DNA from: Candidatus Uhrbacteria bacterium
Lineage (GTDB): Bacteria > Patescibacteriota > Patescibacteriia > JACRJV01
Length of the DNA stretch: 64,000 nt
Reading direction: 5' to 3'
Assembly (NCBI GenBank): GCA_016215325.1
Contig: JACRJV010000027.1
Span: 16,090-80,089, forward strand
Of this stretch, positions 8,294-17,305 are shown one piece after another. Within the stretch, counting starts at the first letter, position 1; every line of letters starts with the position of its first letter. The translations under genes and the position numbers were made by a program. The notes beneath the pieces were generated by a model. The model saw only the letters and a program-made list of their open reading frames with translations, made no database searches and had not been told where the DNA came from.

Positions 8294-11191
8294 TTGGCTT
8301 TTTCTTTTTATTTTATGATTCGCAATGTTTTTAGGGTAGCAATGGCCAGCGGGCTGATTCTGGGGAGTCTTTTTATGACTGGTCCGCTGAATGCTCAAAC
8401 TACGGTGGACAACGCGCAATACATGAGCGGCCCATTGCCACTGAGCACCACTCTTCATACCGGCGAAGCGCTCGGACCCCTTGTGGTTTCAGTAAAAAAT
8501 ACAGGGACTAGTGCTTGGCCTCAATATAATGGCGCGGGGTCAGAAGGTATCGTGATTGGCCCTTGGCCCGATGACAATCCGAGCAATAGAGCATTTGATG
8601 CTGGGGCAACTGTACATCGAAATATTTATCATAGTGTCGTTCCAGGAGAAACGGTCAGTATTGATTTACTTCAGACACTGGGAATGGTTGCGCCACAAAT
8701 TCCTGGCACCTATAACCTGCAATGGAAGATGTATCGCTACAATGATGCGACCAGAGCGAATGTGCCTTTTGGAGATCCGATCCCAACACAACCGCTCATC
8801 ATTACGGTTGTGGCAAACTATGACCCAACATTCAGCAGCATCGCCGCTCCAACGGCCCCAATACCCCTGAATCAAAATTTCTCTCTTTCATGGACTGTAC
8901 GTGACGCAGATTCCGATCGTCTGGAGTGGAGTGTCGATTGGGGGGATGGAACACCTGTATCGCACCCACAAGGAGGGTATATTTGTCAGGCTCGTGTTGA
9001 TTGCCCAGGGTCGCAGTCATTTTCATCGAACCATACATGGACGACGGCCGGAACCTATTCGGTCATCATCAAAGTCACGGATGGGAAGGGGGGAACGGCA
9101 AGGGATACTGTATCGGTGACCGTCGCTGCGCCGACGCTCCAAGACAACGCACAACTTTTAGAAGTGGGGTTTGATTCCTCTGGTAAGTCTGTATTTAAGC
9201 CAGGAGAAACGCCGAATGTATTTCTGAAATTCAAAAACACCGGAACAAGTGACTGGGAAATTGGGAAAGTATTTTTATATCCATTACCTTATAACGATGC
9301 CGATAATCGGGCATGGCAAGGCGGGGGAACCGTCGGTCGACCAGTTCCGCTTTGGGTTTCCCCCGGAGGCACTGCTGGTTTTAATCTTGGTGGGAATCTG
9401 GGTATTACCGCTCCACAGACACCCGGGACGTACAAACTTCAATGGAGGCTCTATCGAAAAATAGATCCGAATCGCGATGAAGTGACACCGTTTGGCGACG
9501 TAGCCCCCTCCAGTCCGCTCATGTGGACCGTCGCCGCTCCAACGGTTACACTCAATGCCCAGCCGGCTGGCGGTACATTCCCTACAAAAACCATTTTTGC
9601 TCCGGGAGAAATCGTGGAACCAAGGATTATCATGAGAAATACCGGCACACAGAATTGGCTCCCATGCAATCAGTTGCTGCTGGAGATATCCAAAGCGAAT
9701 TTAAATATCGGTGGACAGGCGAATGATTCGGATTGCTCCAGTGTCTATGCCAAGCCCGGAGAAGAGTATGCGTTTCAATCGCTCATGTCGTTGCCGACAA
9801 TGCAAGGGACGTACACTTATCAATGGCAGATGGCTAGTCGCGACCCCGGGCAAACCATCGACCAGGCTCGGAGATTCGGATCCGTGACATCACCATGGAC
9901 CGTGACGATTGCCGAGCCCACACCAAACAACCCCCCGGTCATTCAAGGCATCACTGCTCCGAGTGTGTTGAGCGTGCGCGAAGCAGGTACATGGAAGATC
10001 AGGGCCTATGATCCAGAAGGCAAACCCTTGAGCTACTACGCCACGTGGGGAGATGAGATGGTTGGGTCGCAACCCGCAATGACTTCAGCTCCGTCGTATG
10101 AGAAAACGCAAAACATCACATTCACGCACTACTACACCCAGCCCGGTGTGTATGAACCTCGGTTTACCGTGGTTGACAGCGCGAATCAGAAGGCCGATAC
10201 CAGCGCGAGTGTGACCGTTAACGAGTCAACGCGGCCGCCGGAACCAGTGCCAACGGGCTCCATGAAAGTTACCGTGGTTAACGGTGACATTCAGTGTATC
10301 AAAGCCCCTTGCGGCGTGCTCAAGAATGCCAAGGTCGCGGTATATGCTCTCAATGGCGACAGCCTTGGGGACTTTATTGGTAGTTCTGATACGAGCGGAG
10401 GCGCTGCGGGATTTTATGAAATTCCGGTCGGTCGGTATGTGGCTTATGCGAGCGCTCCAAACTTCAACGAGGCAAAGGGATTGTTTACCATCCGTCCCCA
10501 CCAAGGAGACTACCTCACCATTCGATTGTCCGCGGTCAGAGAAATATTAACCTGCCCGCCGGATTGCCCGGATGTTATCGATGATGTGTTTGAGCCGGAA
10601 TTTCCCAATGGCTCTCTTATTCAGCTCCAGCGCACGAAAGGTGTCTATTACATCGAGAATGGTCAAAAGCGTCCGATCCGCTCGCGCGCAGTGTTCGATG
10701 CCCGTGGGTTTGATATGAGCGACGTGATTGTGGTGGACAAGAAAGATTTTGATCGCTATCCCACAGGCCCAGAACTCACCGCATCCTCGACAACCACAAC
10801 AACGACGACGGGAGCGCTCCAAGAAGGATGGCTCGTGAAGGCATTGAATGATAAAGCAGTCTATCGGATCGAAAGTGGGAAACGTCGGCCGTTCCTCTCG
10901 GGCAGTGTTTTCGAGGCTCGAGGATATTATTGGAGTGATATTGTGGTGGTCAACCCTTCTACGCTCGAGGCATACTCGTTGGGAGACACCATTACTTACA
11001 GTCGCCTCGGCGATGGGTTCTTGATTAAATCGCCCCGTCACCCCGAGGTGTTTTGGACAGAAAATGGCCAAAAGCGCCATATCGCTAACGAATCCGTCTT
11101 TGCGGCGCACGCCTTCCGCTGGCAAGATATCCATGTCATCAGTGAAGATGAGGTTGCCAGCTATCCAACCGGCTCGGACATGGACCGATAA
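8294..11191 (+). CDS. Large secreted multi-repeat protein: signal peptide, three N-terminal beta-sandwich repeats (NTGT...W motif), two PKD-like domains, a carboxypeptidase-regulatory-like domain, and three C-terminal repeats of about 45 aa
   Basis: Hydrophobic N-terminus; WGDGTP PKD signatures twice; triple repeat G-x-KR-x-I-x-S-x-x-VF-x-A-x-GF-x-W-SD-I-x-VV...YP-x-G at the C-terminus. Confidence 0.7.
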   Translation: MAFSFYFMIRNVFRVAMASGLILGSLFMTGPLNAQTTVDNAQYMSGPLPLSTTLHTGEALGPLVVSVKNTGTSAWPQYNGAGSEGIVIGPWPDDNPSNRAFDAGATVHRNIYHSVVPGETVSIDLLQTLGMVAPQIPGTYNLQWKMYRYNDATRANVPFGDPIPTQPLIITVVANYDPTFSSIAAPTAPIPLNQNFSLSWTVRDADSDRLEWSVDWGDGTPVSHPQGGYICQARVDCPGSQSFSSNHTWTTAGTYSVIIKVTDGKGGTARDTVSVTVAAPTLQDNAQLLEVGFDSSGKSVFKPGETPNVFLKFKNTGTSDWEIGKVFLYPLPYNDADNRAWQGGGTVGRPVPLWVSPGGTAGFNLGGNLGITAPQTPGTYKLQWRLYRKIDPNRDEVTPFGDVAPSSPLMWTVAAPTVTLNAQPAGGTFPTKTIFAPGEIVEPRIIMRNTGTQNWLPCNQLLLEISKANLNIGGQANDSDCSSVYAKPGEEYAFQSLMSLPTMQGTYTYQWQMASRDPGQTIDQARRFGSVTSPWTVTIAEPTPNNPPVIQGITAPSVLSVREAGTWKIRAYDPEGKPLSYYATWGDEMVGSQPAMTSAPSYEKTQNITFTHYYTQPGVYEPRFTVVDSANQKADTSASVTVNESTRPPEPVPTGSMKVTVVNGDIQCIKAPCGVLKNAKVAVYALNGDSLGDFIGSSDTSGGAAGFYEIPVGRYVAYASAPNFNEAKGLFTIRPHQGDYLTIRLSAVREILTCPPDCPDVIDDVFEPEFPNGSLIQLQRTKGVYYIENGQKRPIRSRAVFDARGFDMSDVIVVDKKDFDRYPTGPELTASSTTTTTTTGALQEGWLVKALNDKAVYRIESGKRRPFLSGSVFEARGYYWSDIVVVNPSTLEAYSLGDTITYSRLGDGFLIKSPRHPEVFWTENGQKRHIANESVFAAHAFRWQDIHVISEDEVASYPTGSDMDR

Positions 11192-11207
11192 CATCAGTCA
11201 ATACACT

Positions 11208-11236
11208 TTGACCCCCCTGCGGTCACATGATATAGT
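11208..11236 (+). promoter_or_regulatory. Sigma70-like promoter: TTGACC, 17-nt spacer, TATAGT
   Basis: Hexamers and spacing read directly from the sequence; the 19-nt leader motif follows immediately. Confidence 0.5.
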
Positions 11237-11246
11237 CAAGGGAGAG

Positions 11247-11265
11247 GAATACCATTGAGTATCTA
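11247..11265 (+). promoter_or_regulatory. Conserved 19-nt leader motif GAATACCATTGAGTATCTA, copy 2, embedded in a GGGAGAGG...CTCTCCC hairpin
   Basis: Identical to the motif at 7038-7056; flanked by a 7-bp inverted repeat. Confidence 0.55.
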
Positions 11266-11277
11266 ACTCTCCCTACT

Positions 11278-12027
11278 ATGGCACTAACCGGCGCTCGCAC
11301 TCTTGCACGCCGCATGGTCGGCGTTTCTGCAAAACATCCGGCAGGACAGTACGACGAACTCGACATTCTTTACCGAATTAGTGATACGATTAGCACCAAT
11401 CTTGACCTTGATGACGTATTTTTACGCATCATTAAACTGGTCGAAATGGTGACAAAGGCAGATGCATGTCACCTTTTCCTGTTGATGGATAATGAATTGG
11501 TATTGCGCGCTTCGAGCAAATCGCGGAGTAAACTCATTGGCAAGCTAAAATTGAAACTCGGGGAGGGCGTGGCTGGTTGGGCCGCGGTCAATCAAGAGAT
11601 GGTCGAGATTCCCGAAAAAGCGTACGAGGATCCGCGTTATCGATTTGTGCAAGAATTGCCGGGGGACCAATATGAAGCGCTTTTGTCGGCCCCGCTATTT
11701 TTCCGTGATCGAGTGGTTGGGGTTATCAATATTCGCAGTAAGCAGCCGCGCCATTACCCCGATCATATTTGCAATCTTTTACGCGTGATTGGCCGCCAAG
11801 TCGGGGGTGCGATCGAAAACGCGCGGATGCTGGAAGGAACCAAGAGTTTCCGCAGCGTGGTGGCTACCAGGAAATTTATTGACCGAGCAAAAGAGTTGAT
11901 TTCGCGGAAGATGCATATTTCTTCTGACACCGCCTACGAAGTCCTTTTGCGCGAGAGTATGAAAAGCGGCAAGAGCGTGAAGGAAGTTGCCGAAGCCATG
12001 ATGATTGCCGATGAGATCGAAAAGTAG
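11278..12027 (+). CDS. GAF-ANTAR RNA-binding antitermination regulator (paralog)
   Basis: Aligns along its whole length with 7056..7796 (HPAGxYxELDxLY..., ANTAR region TAYEVLLRESMKSGKSVKEVAEAM). Confidence 0.75.
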   Translation: MALTGARTLARRMVGVSAKHPAGQYDELDILYRISDTISTNLDLDDVFLRIIKLVEMVTKADACHLFLLMDNELVLRASSKSRSKLIGKLKLKLGEGVAGWAAVNQEMVEIPEKAYEDPRYRFVQELPGDQYEALLSAPLFFRDRVVGVINIRSKQPRHYPDHICNLLRVIGRQVGGAIENARMLEGTKSFRSVVATRKFIDRAKELISRKMHISSDTAYEVLLRESMKSGKSVKEVAEAMMIADEIEK

Positions 12028-12042
12028 AGTGCGAATCGGTAC

Positions 12043-12070
12043 CCGAATGACGCCCGAATATATCCGAATC
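12043..12070 (+). repeat. 28-nt direct repeat CCGAATGACGCCCGAATATATCCGAATC, copy 1, downstream of trpS
   Basis: Near-identical copy at about 13146-13173 on the other side of trpS. Confidence 0.6.
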
Positions 12071-12076
12071 CTATGG

Positions 12077-12115
12077 AAAACCCGAAGCTTATGGCTTAGG
12101 GTTTTTCTGTTTGGA
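12077..12115. terminator. Bidirectional rho-independent terminator between the convergent GAF-ANTAR and trpS genes
   Basis: AAAACCCGAAGC...GCTTAGGGTTTTT hairpin flanked by an A-tract and a T-tract. Confidence 0.6.
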
Positions 12116-12141
12116 AAAGATTCGGATCAATTCGTACTGTT

Positions 12142-13128
12142 TTATTTCAGCAGCCCAATCTTTTCTCGCGCCTGCTCCATGGTTTTGGTCGCTACTGATC
12201 GTGCGCGATGGGCGCCGTCCTCCAAGATTTTTTTGAGCGTTTGGGGCGTTCCCATGAGTTTTTGGTATTCATTCTGCAAGGGGGCGAGGGACTCAATAAC
12301 CGTTTCGGCCAACTCTTTTTTGAATGCCGCATACCCTTTGCCTGCAAAGTGTTTCTCGAGCTGGGGGATGCTCTTGCTCGAGAGAACGCTCATGATGGTC
12401 AGCAGGTTTGTGAGCGCGGGCTTGTCCTTTCCGCTGATGACCTCGGTACCGGAATCCGTAACGGCCTTGGCAATTTTTTTCTTTATGGTTTCGGCATCAT
12501 CGGTGAGTGCAATATAGTTGTTCGGGGAGCTCGCGGACTTACTCATTTTTTTATTTGGATTATCCAAGCCCATAATCCGAGCGCCTTCTTTTTGGAGTCG
12601 GACCTCGGGAATCCGGAATGTTTCTCCGAAACGATGGTTAAAACGCTTGGCGAGTTCACGCGTGAGCTCGACGTGCTGTTGTTGGTCTTCCCCCACCGGA
12701 ACAATGTGGGGCTGGTACAACAGGATGTCCGCAGCCATCAGTACGGGATAGTCAAAGAGGCCAACCGTCACTGACCCCTGACCCTTGACTCCTGATGTCT
12801 TATCTTTGAACTGGGTCATCCGTTCCAACTCACCCATGGTGGCAATCGTATTGAGGATCCATCCCAATTCAGCATGTTCTTTGACATGCGACTGTACAAA
12901 TAATGTTGACTTCTGGGGGTCCAATCCCGCGGCAAGATACATCGCTGCTAAACTCAACGTATTCTGCCGGAGTTGCTCCGGCTCTTGCGGGACAGTGATC
13001 GCGTGCAGGTCAACGATACAATAATACGCATGGCCTTCGTTCTGGAGAGCAATGAATTGTTTAAGTGCGCCCAGATAATTGCCGAGGTGTAACACTCCAG
13101 AAGGTTGGATGCCAGAGAGGATGGTCAT
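12142..13128 (-). CDS. trpS: Tryptophanyl-tRNA synthetase
   Basis: HIGH-type motif HLGNYLG and KMSKS motif; 328 aa. Confidence 0.92.
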   Translation of the reverse strand: MTILSGIQPSGVLHLGNYLGALKQFIALQNEGHAYYCIVDLHAITVPQEPEQLRQNTLSLAAMYLAAGLDPQKSTLFVQSHVKEHAELGWILNTIATMGELERMTQFKDKTSGVKGQGSVTVGLFDYPVLMAADILLYQPHIVPVGEDQQQHVELTRELAKRFNHRFGETFRIPEVRLQKEGARIMGLDNPNKKMSKSASSPNNYIALTDDAETIKKKIAKAVTDSGTEVISGKDKPALTNLLTIMSVLSSKSIPQLEKHFAGKGYAAFKKELAETVIESLAPLQNEYQKLMGTPQTLKKILEDGAHRARSVATKTMEQAREKIGLLK

Positions 13129-13145
13129 AGTCAGTACGAATTAAT

Positions 13146-13173
13146 CCGGATGACGCCCGAATATATTCGAATT
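13146..13173 (+). repeat. 28-nt direct repeat CCGGATGACGCCCGAATATATTCGAATT, copy 2, upstream of trpS
   Basis: 25 of 28 identity with the 12043-12070 copy, same orientation. Confidence 0.6.
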
Positions 13174-13328
13174 TTCGCACAATCCATAGTGAATGACAAG
13201 GGTTTACGGGAGCTCTTGCCCAGCGGGCACTGATATGGTAGTCTAGAGGCATACTATTGGCGTTTATCCGCGTGTTGATCCCTGCCTACCGGCAGGCCAG
13301 GCGCGTTTTTCTGCTTCTACAAAAAAAT

Positions 13329-13694
13329 ATGGATGCCGCAACAATGGCCGAAATAAGCAAAAAACTCAACGAAGAAGAAAAGCGCCTCGAGCAAGATCTT
13401 GCCGATATCGGCCGACGCTCCGGTGTGGGGCGAATCTCCGAACCGGACTTCCCTTCGTTTGGAGACAAAGAGGATGAAAACGCTGCAGAAGTAGCACTCT
13501 ATGGCGACAATCTTTCGTTAGAGGAAACATTGGAGCGCGAGTTGCGGGATGTCAAGAATGCGATCAAGCGGATTGCCGACGGGGCCTACGGTATTTGCAA
13601 ATATTGCAAACAAGAAATTGCACTCCAGCGTTTGCTTGCTCGGCCGGAATCCAGTTCTTGCGTAACCTGTAAAGAGAAATTTTCACGGGGATAA
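13329..13694 (+). CDS. DksA/TraR-family C4-type zinc-finger protein
   Basis: C-terminal CKYCKQEI...CVTCK zinc finger and coiled-coil N-terminus; start moved to the internal Met at 13329. Confidence 0.7.
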   Translation: MDAATMAEISKKLNEEEKRLEQDLADIGRRSGVGRISEPDFPSFGDKEDENAAEVALYGDNLSLEETLERELRDVKNAIKRIADGAYGICKYCKQEIALQRLLARPESSSCVTCKEKFSRG

Positions 13695-13705
13695 TCCTTG
13701 CCGCT

Positions 13706-14098
13706 GTGGCATGGTGGTTGTTGATCGTTGGGATAGGCGTGCTGGATCGGTTGATCCGCACGTTTTTTGTTGGGGCGCATTTACAGATAAGTTCGGTGAC
13801 GGGATTATCGGGATACCGGTGGGCAATGATTTCATCCGTGTTGGTTGGTATGGCGGTCATTGCCACAATGCGATGGCAAACACAGCGTCGCCCGATACTC
13901 GTCGCATCCGGCGCAATGATTGTTGTGGGAGGCATCAACAACATCGTCGATCTCTTCATTTATCGCGGCGTTATTGATTACTGGACGATTAGCCACCCAT
14001 GGGGAATGTTTTGGTTTAATGCTGCGGATGGTATGATTATCAGCGGTGTTATTTATTGGTTTATTGATTTATTGCATTCGGATACAAAAATAAACTAA
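13706..14098 (+). CDS. lspA: Lipoprotein signal peptidase II
   Basis: Four transmembrane segments; conserved NNIVDLF and FNAADGMI motifs. Confidence 0.8.
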   Translation: MAWWLLIVGIGVLDRLIRTFFVGAHLQISSVTGLSGYRWAMISSVLVGMAVIATMRWQTQRRPILVASGAMIVVGGINNIVDLFIYRGVIDYWTISHPWGMFWFNAADGMIISGVIYWFIDLLHSDTKIN

Positions 14099-14127
14099 TA
14101 GATTTTAGTAAATTAATAAATCTCGCT

Positions 14128-15663
14128 ATGCCGTCATCGTTATGGACCGCAACGATGCAGGGGATTGATGCCATCCCTGTTGCTGTCGAGGTGGACGTGA
14201 GTCCCGGGCTGGGCGCTGTGACCGTTGTTGGGTTAGCGGATACCGCGGTGCAGGAAGCGCGCGAACGGGTGCGCGCGGCACTCAAGAACAGCAACCTCCC
14301 GTTCCCTCGGCAACGCGTTACGATCAATCTCGCTCCGGCAGACCTTAAAAAAGAGGGGCCGCGGTTTGACCTCCCCATCGCACTCGCGATTTTGGCCGCT
14401 GCCGACGAAACGCTCCCCCCGATTCCTCAAACATGGATGCTCTGCGGGGAGTTGGGCTTGGATGGGTCCATACGGCCGGTGGACGGCACCATTGCCATTG
14501 CGGTTGCAGCCCGGCAGCATGGGTGTACGCATCTCTTTATCCCCCAGGCCAACGCCCAAGAAGCGGCGTTGGTGGAAGGGATTTCGGTGATCGCTGTTTC
14601 GACCCTCGCGCAACTCCTCGACCATTTGCGTGGCGTATCCGAAATAACAACAACACCCACGACGATGGTGGGCGATACGGCGGCAACGGTTTCGTTGGCA
14701 ACAGACATGGCATTTGTCCGCGGGCAGGAATCTGCTAAACGCGCAATGGAAATAGCGGCCGCCGGCGGCCATAATATTCTACTCTCCGGTCCTCCGGGGT
14801 CTGGCAAGACCATGCTTGCGCGGTCGATTGTATCGATCCTGCCGCCCATGAGCCGGGATGAATTTTTGGAAGTCACACGGATTTACAGCGTCGCCGGGAT
14901 CCCCAATAATCGCCGACCCGCACTGCATGCGCGCCCCTTCCGCAACCCACACCATACCGCATCGGATATTTCGTTGATCGGCGGCGGAGCGCATCCGCGG
15001 CCGGGGGAGATTACACTCGCGCATCGCGGCGTATTATTCTTGGATGAATTACCAGAATTCGGCCGCGATGTTCTGGAAGCGTTGCGCCAACCCCTCGAGG
15101 ACGGCATGGTGACCGTGGCGCGTGCGCAGATGAGCGTGCAATACCCTGCAAAATTTATGTTTGTGGCAAGCTGTAACCCCTGCCCCTGCGGATTTTCTGG
15201 GACCGGGCAAAAACCGTGCATTTGTTCTGCCAGTCAAATCTTGCGGTACCAGAAGAAGCTTTCTGGGCCATTGTTAGATCGCATTGATCTCGTTATTGAT
15301 GTCCCCGCGGTGGAGACCGAAAAACTGTTGGCATCGACGGTTTTGGGTGAATCCAGCAGCCAAATTCGGCAGCGGGTGATTGCGGCGCGCTCCCGCCAGC
15401 AGGATCGATTCCAAGGGACCGGCCTTTTCAATAATGCCGAGATGACCACCCCGGATGTTGGCCGGTGGTGTGCCTTGGATGACGCGTGCCGCAGTATGCT
15501 TGCAAAGGCGGTGGATCGGTATCGGCTTTCTGCGCGTTCATACATGCGGATCCTGAAGGTGGGACGCACGATTGCCGATCTTGCGTCAGAGGAATCGATC
15601 GCTCTACCGCATCTTGCCGAGGCGCTCCAGTATCGGCCGCGGTTGGCGGAAACCATTGCATAA
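14128..15663 (+). CDS. comM: YifB/ComM-family Mg-chelatase-like AAA+ ATPase
   Basis: Walker A LLSGPPGSGKTM; N-terminal Lon-like domain; GC-rich (about 62%) relative to its neighbours. Confidence 0.88.
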   Translation: MPSSLWTATMQGIDAIPVAVEVDVSPGLGAVTVVGLADTAVQEARERVRAALKNSNLPFPRQRVTINLAPADLKKEGPRFDLPIALAILAAADETLPPIPQTWMLCGELGLDGSIRPVDGTIAIAVAARQHGCTHLFIPQANAQEAALVEGISVIAVSTLAQLLDHLRGVSEITTTPTTMVGDTAATVSLATDMAFVRGQESAKRAMEIAAAGGHNILLSGPPGSGKTMLARSIVSILPPMSRDEFLEVTRIYSVAGIPNNRRPALHARPFRNPHHTASDISLIGGGAHPRPGEITLAHRGVLFLDELPEFGRDVLEALRQPLEDGMVTVARAQMSVQYPAKFMFVASCNPCPCGFSGTGQKPCICSASQILRYQKKLSGPLLDRIDLVIDVPAVETEKLLASTVLGESSSQIRQRVIAARSRQQDRFQGTGLFNNAEMTTPDVGRWCALDDACRSMLAKAVDRYRLSARSYMRILKVGRTIADLASEESIALPHLAEALQYRPRLAETIA

Positions 15664-15718
15664 CAAAATCCCCGGCACATTGCCGGGGATTATTCCTCAT
15701 CTCTTCATCTCCGCATCT

Positions 15719-17107
15719 CTACTTATAGAACAACAGCGGGTTCAACCGTTGGCTTCCTTTGAGTACTTCAAAGTGGAGATGCGGCCCCGTCGATCGGCCG
15801 GTGGAGCCCACCAGGGCGATCACCTGTCCTTTGGCAACAGAATCACCCGCCTTAACTAAGAGTTTGCTCGAGTGCGCATAGCGCGTGAGGCTTCCGTTAT
15901 TATGCTTGACGATGACTTGCAGCCCATACCCCCCGCGGTTCCACCCTGCTAATGCCACGGTTCCGCTGTCAGCCGCATAAATAGGGGATCCTTTCGACCC
16001 TTTAATATCCAGTCCCGTATGCCGGCTTCCGCGGAAGTATTGGTTGATTTTTCGGCTGACGGTTGGCCATACTAATCCCACGATGTTACTGACATCCAGC
16101 CCCTTTGGGATCTGCGTGATAACCGGTTCGGATGTGCGGACCTTTGTGTTGGCGGGTCGCGTGGTAGCCACCACATGACCACGGGGGATAACAATCGTCG
16201 CCCCGGCCACGAGGCCATCGTCGCTCAAGGCATTGTAGGATTGAATCTCTTGAACATCGCTATTGGTAGACTTTGCGATCCGCGACAACGTATCGCCTTT
16301 TTTGACGATATATGAAATTCCGGATGTCGGCAGAATCTTCAAAATTTGACCAGGCCGAATCACACTATAGGCGCCCAAAGAATTTTCCCACAGTACCGTA
16401 TTGATCGAAATGCCAAACCGCTCGGCAATGGAACTCACCGTATCCCCATCGGTCACCACATATTCGATGGTGTTTTTACGGGTAGGGCCGATTGGTGCAG
16501 GGGGAATGATATCGCTACCCGGCAAACTCAACGGACTTTCGATCCCGGCATATTGTTCATCCGTAAAGTCACCCCCTTCATCCCCACCATTAGATGTTTC
16601 CTCATCGTATACGAACAAGTCGAGCAGTTCGGGATCAACCGCGCTCAAGTCTTCGCTCATGCTGTTGCCGGCGGGTTGGAGAATCGGCAGGGAAGAATCT
16701 TGGATGAGCGGCGTTGTCGGTTGAGGACGCAGAATTTGTGCGACAATATTCGGTTGCGCCGTGGGCGCCGTTGTTTGGTCTGACGCAAATAATACTCCGC
16801 GCGTACCCACAAGTGCCACTAACACCACCGCCCCTTGTACCAGCATCCGTTTTGGGCTCCAGAGGCTGGACATGGTATTGGAGCTATGGACAGATGATCG
16901 GATCATTTTGATCCCGGCGCTTCCGAATACAAACACGCGCACAAGCAACCGCTTGAGCATTGGCATTGCCCATCCAAAACTCCATCCAATGAATCGAATG
17001 AGTCGACGCACGCTTCCGCCAACGGCATGAATCATCATCAGCAGACTGCGTAGCGCCAGTGATTTGAGGGATCGAGACATGGGATTGTCTTTAAACGCCG
17101 AAACCAC
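15719..17107 (-). CDS. M23-family peptidoglycan metalloendopeptidase with LysM domains and an N-terminal membrane anchor
   Basis: LysM (YIVKKGDTLSRIAK); M23 motifs HTGLDI...GSTGRSTGPHLHFEV. Confidence 0.88.
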   Translation of the reverse strand: MVSAFKDNPMSRSLKSLALRSLLMMIHAVGGSVRRLIRFIGWSFGWAMPMLKRLLVRVFVFGSAGIKMIRSSVHSSNTMSSLWSPKRMLVQGAVVLVALVGTRGVLFASDQTTAPTAQPNIVAQILRPQPTTPLIQDSSLPILQPAGNSMSEDLSAVDPELLDLFVYDEETSNGGDEGGDFTDEQYAGIESPLSLPGSDIIPPAPIGPTRKNTIEYVVTDGDTVSSIAERFGISINTVLWENSLGAYSVIRPGQILKILPTSGISYIVKKGDTLSRIAKSTNSDVQEIQSYNALSDDGLVAGATIVIPRGHVVATTRPANTKVRTSEPVITQIPKGLDVSNIVGLVWPTVSRKINQYFRGSRHTGLDIKGSKGSPIYAADSGTVALAGWNRGGYGLQVIVKHNNGSLTRYAHSSKLLVKAGDSVAKGQVIALVGSTGRSTGPHLHFEVLKGSQRLNPLLFYK

Positions 17108-17305
17108 CCGAGAGGATCTCCACAGGTGGTTTTATATAGACTGCCCGTTTTTTTACTCGATGACAAACATCATACTGGTGCTCATTCTGCCAGAATAGGG
17201 GTCGGCTGTCAAGGGAAACTTGTACACAAGAAGTTTCTGGTGTATGCTATGAGATATATTATTTTATTTTAGTAGAGATAAAAAAATTCGATTTTTTTTA
17301 AATTT

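Noticed and set aside
17108-17305. A T-box riboswitch upstream of leuS or trpS
   Set aside because: No T-box consensus (AATTAGGGTGGNACCGCG) in either leader; only simple hairpins.
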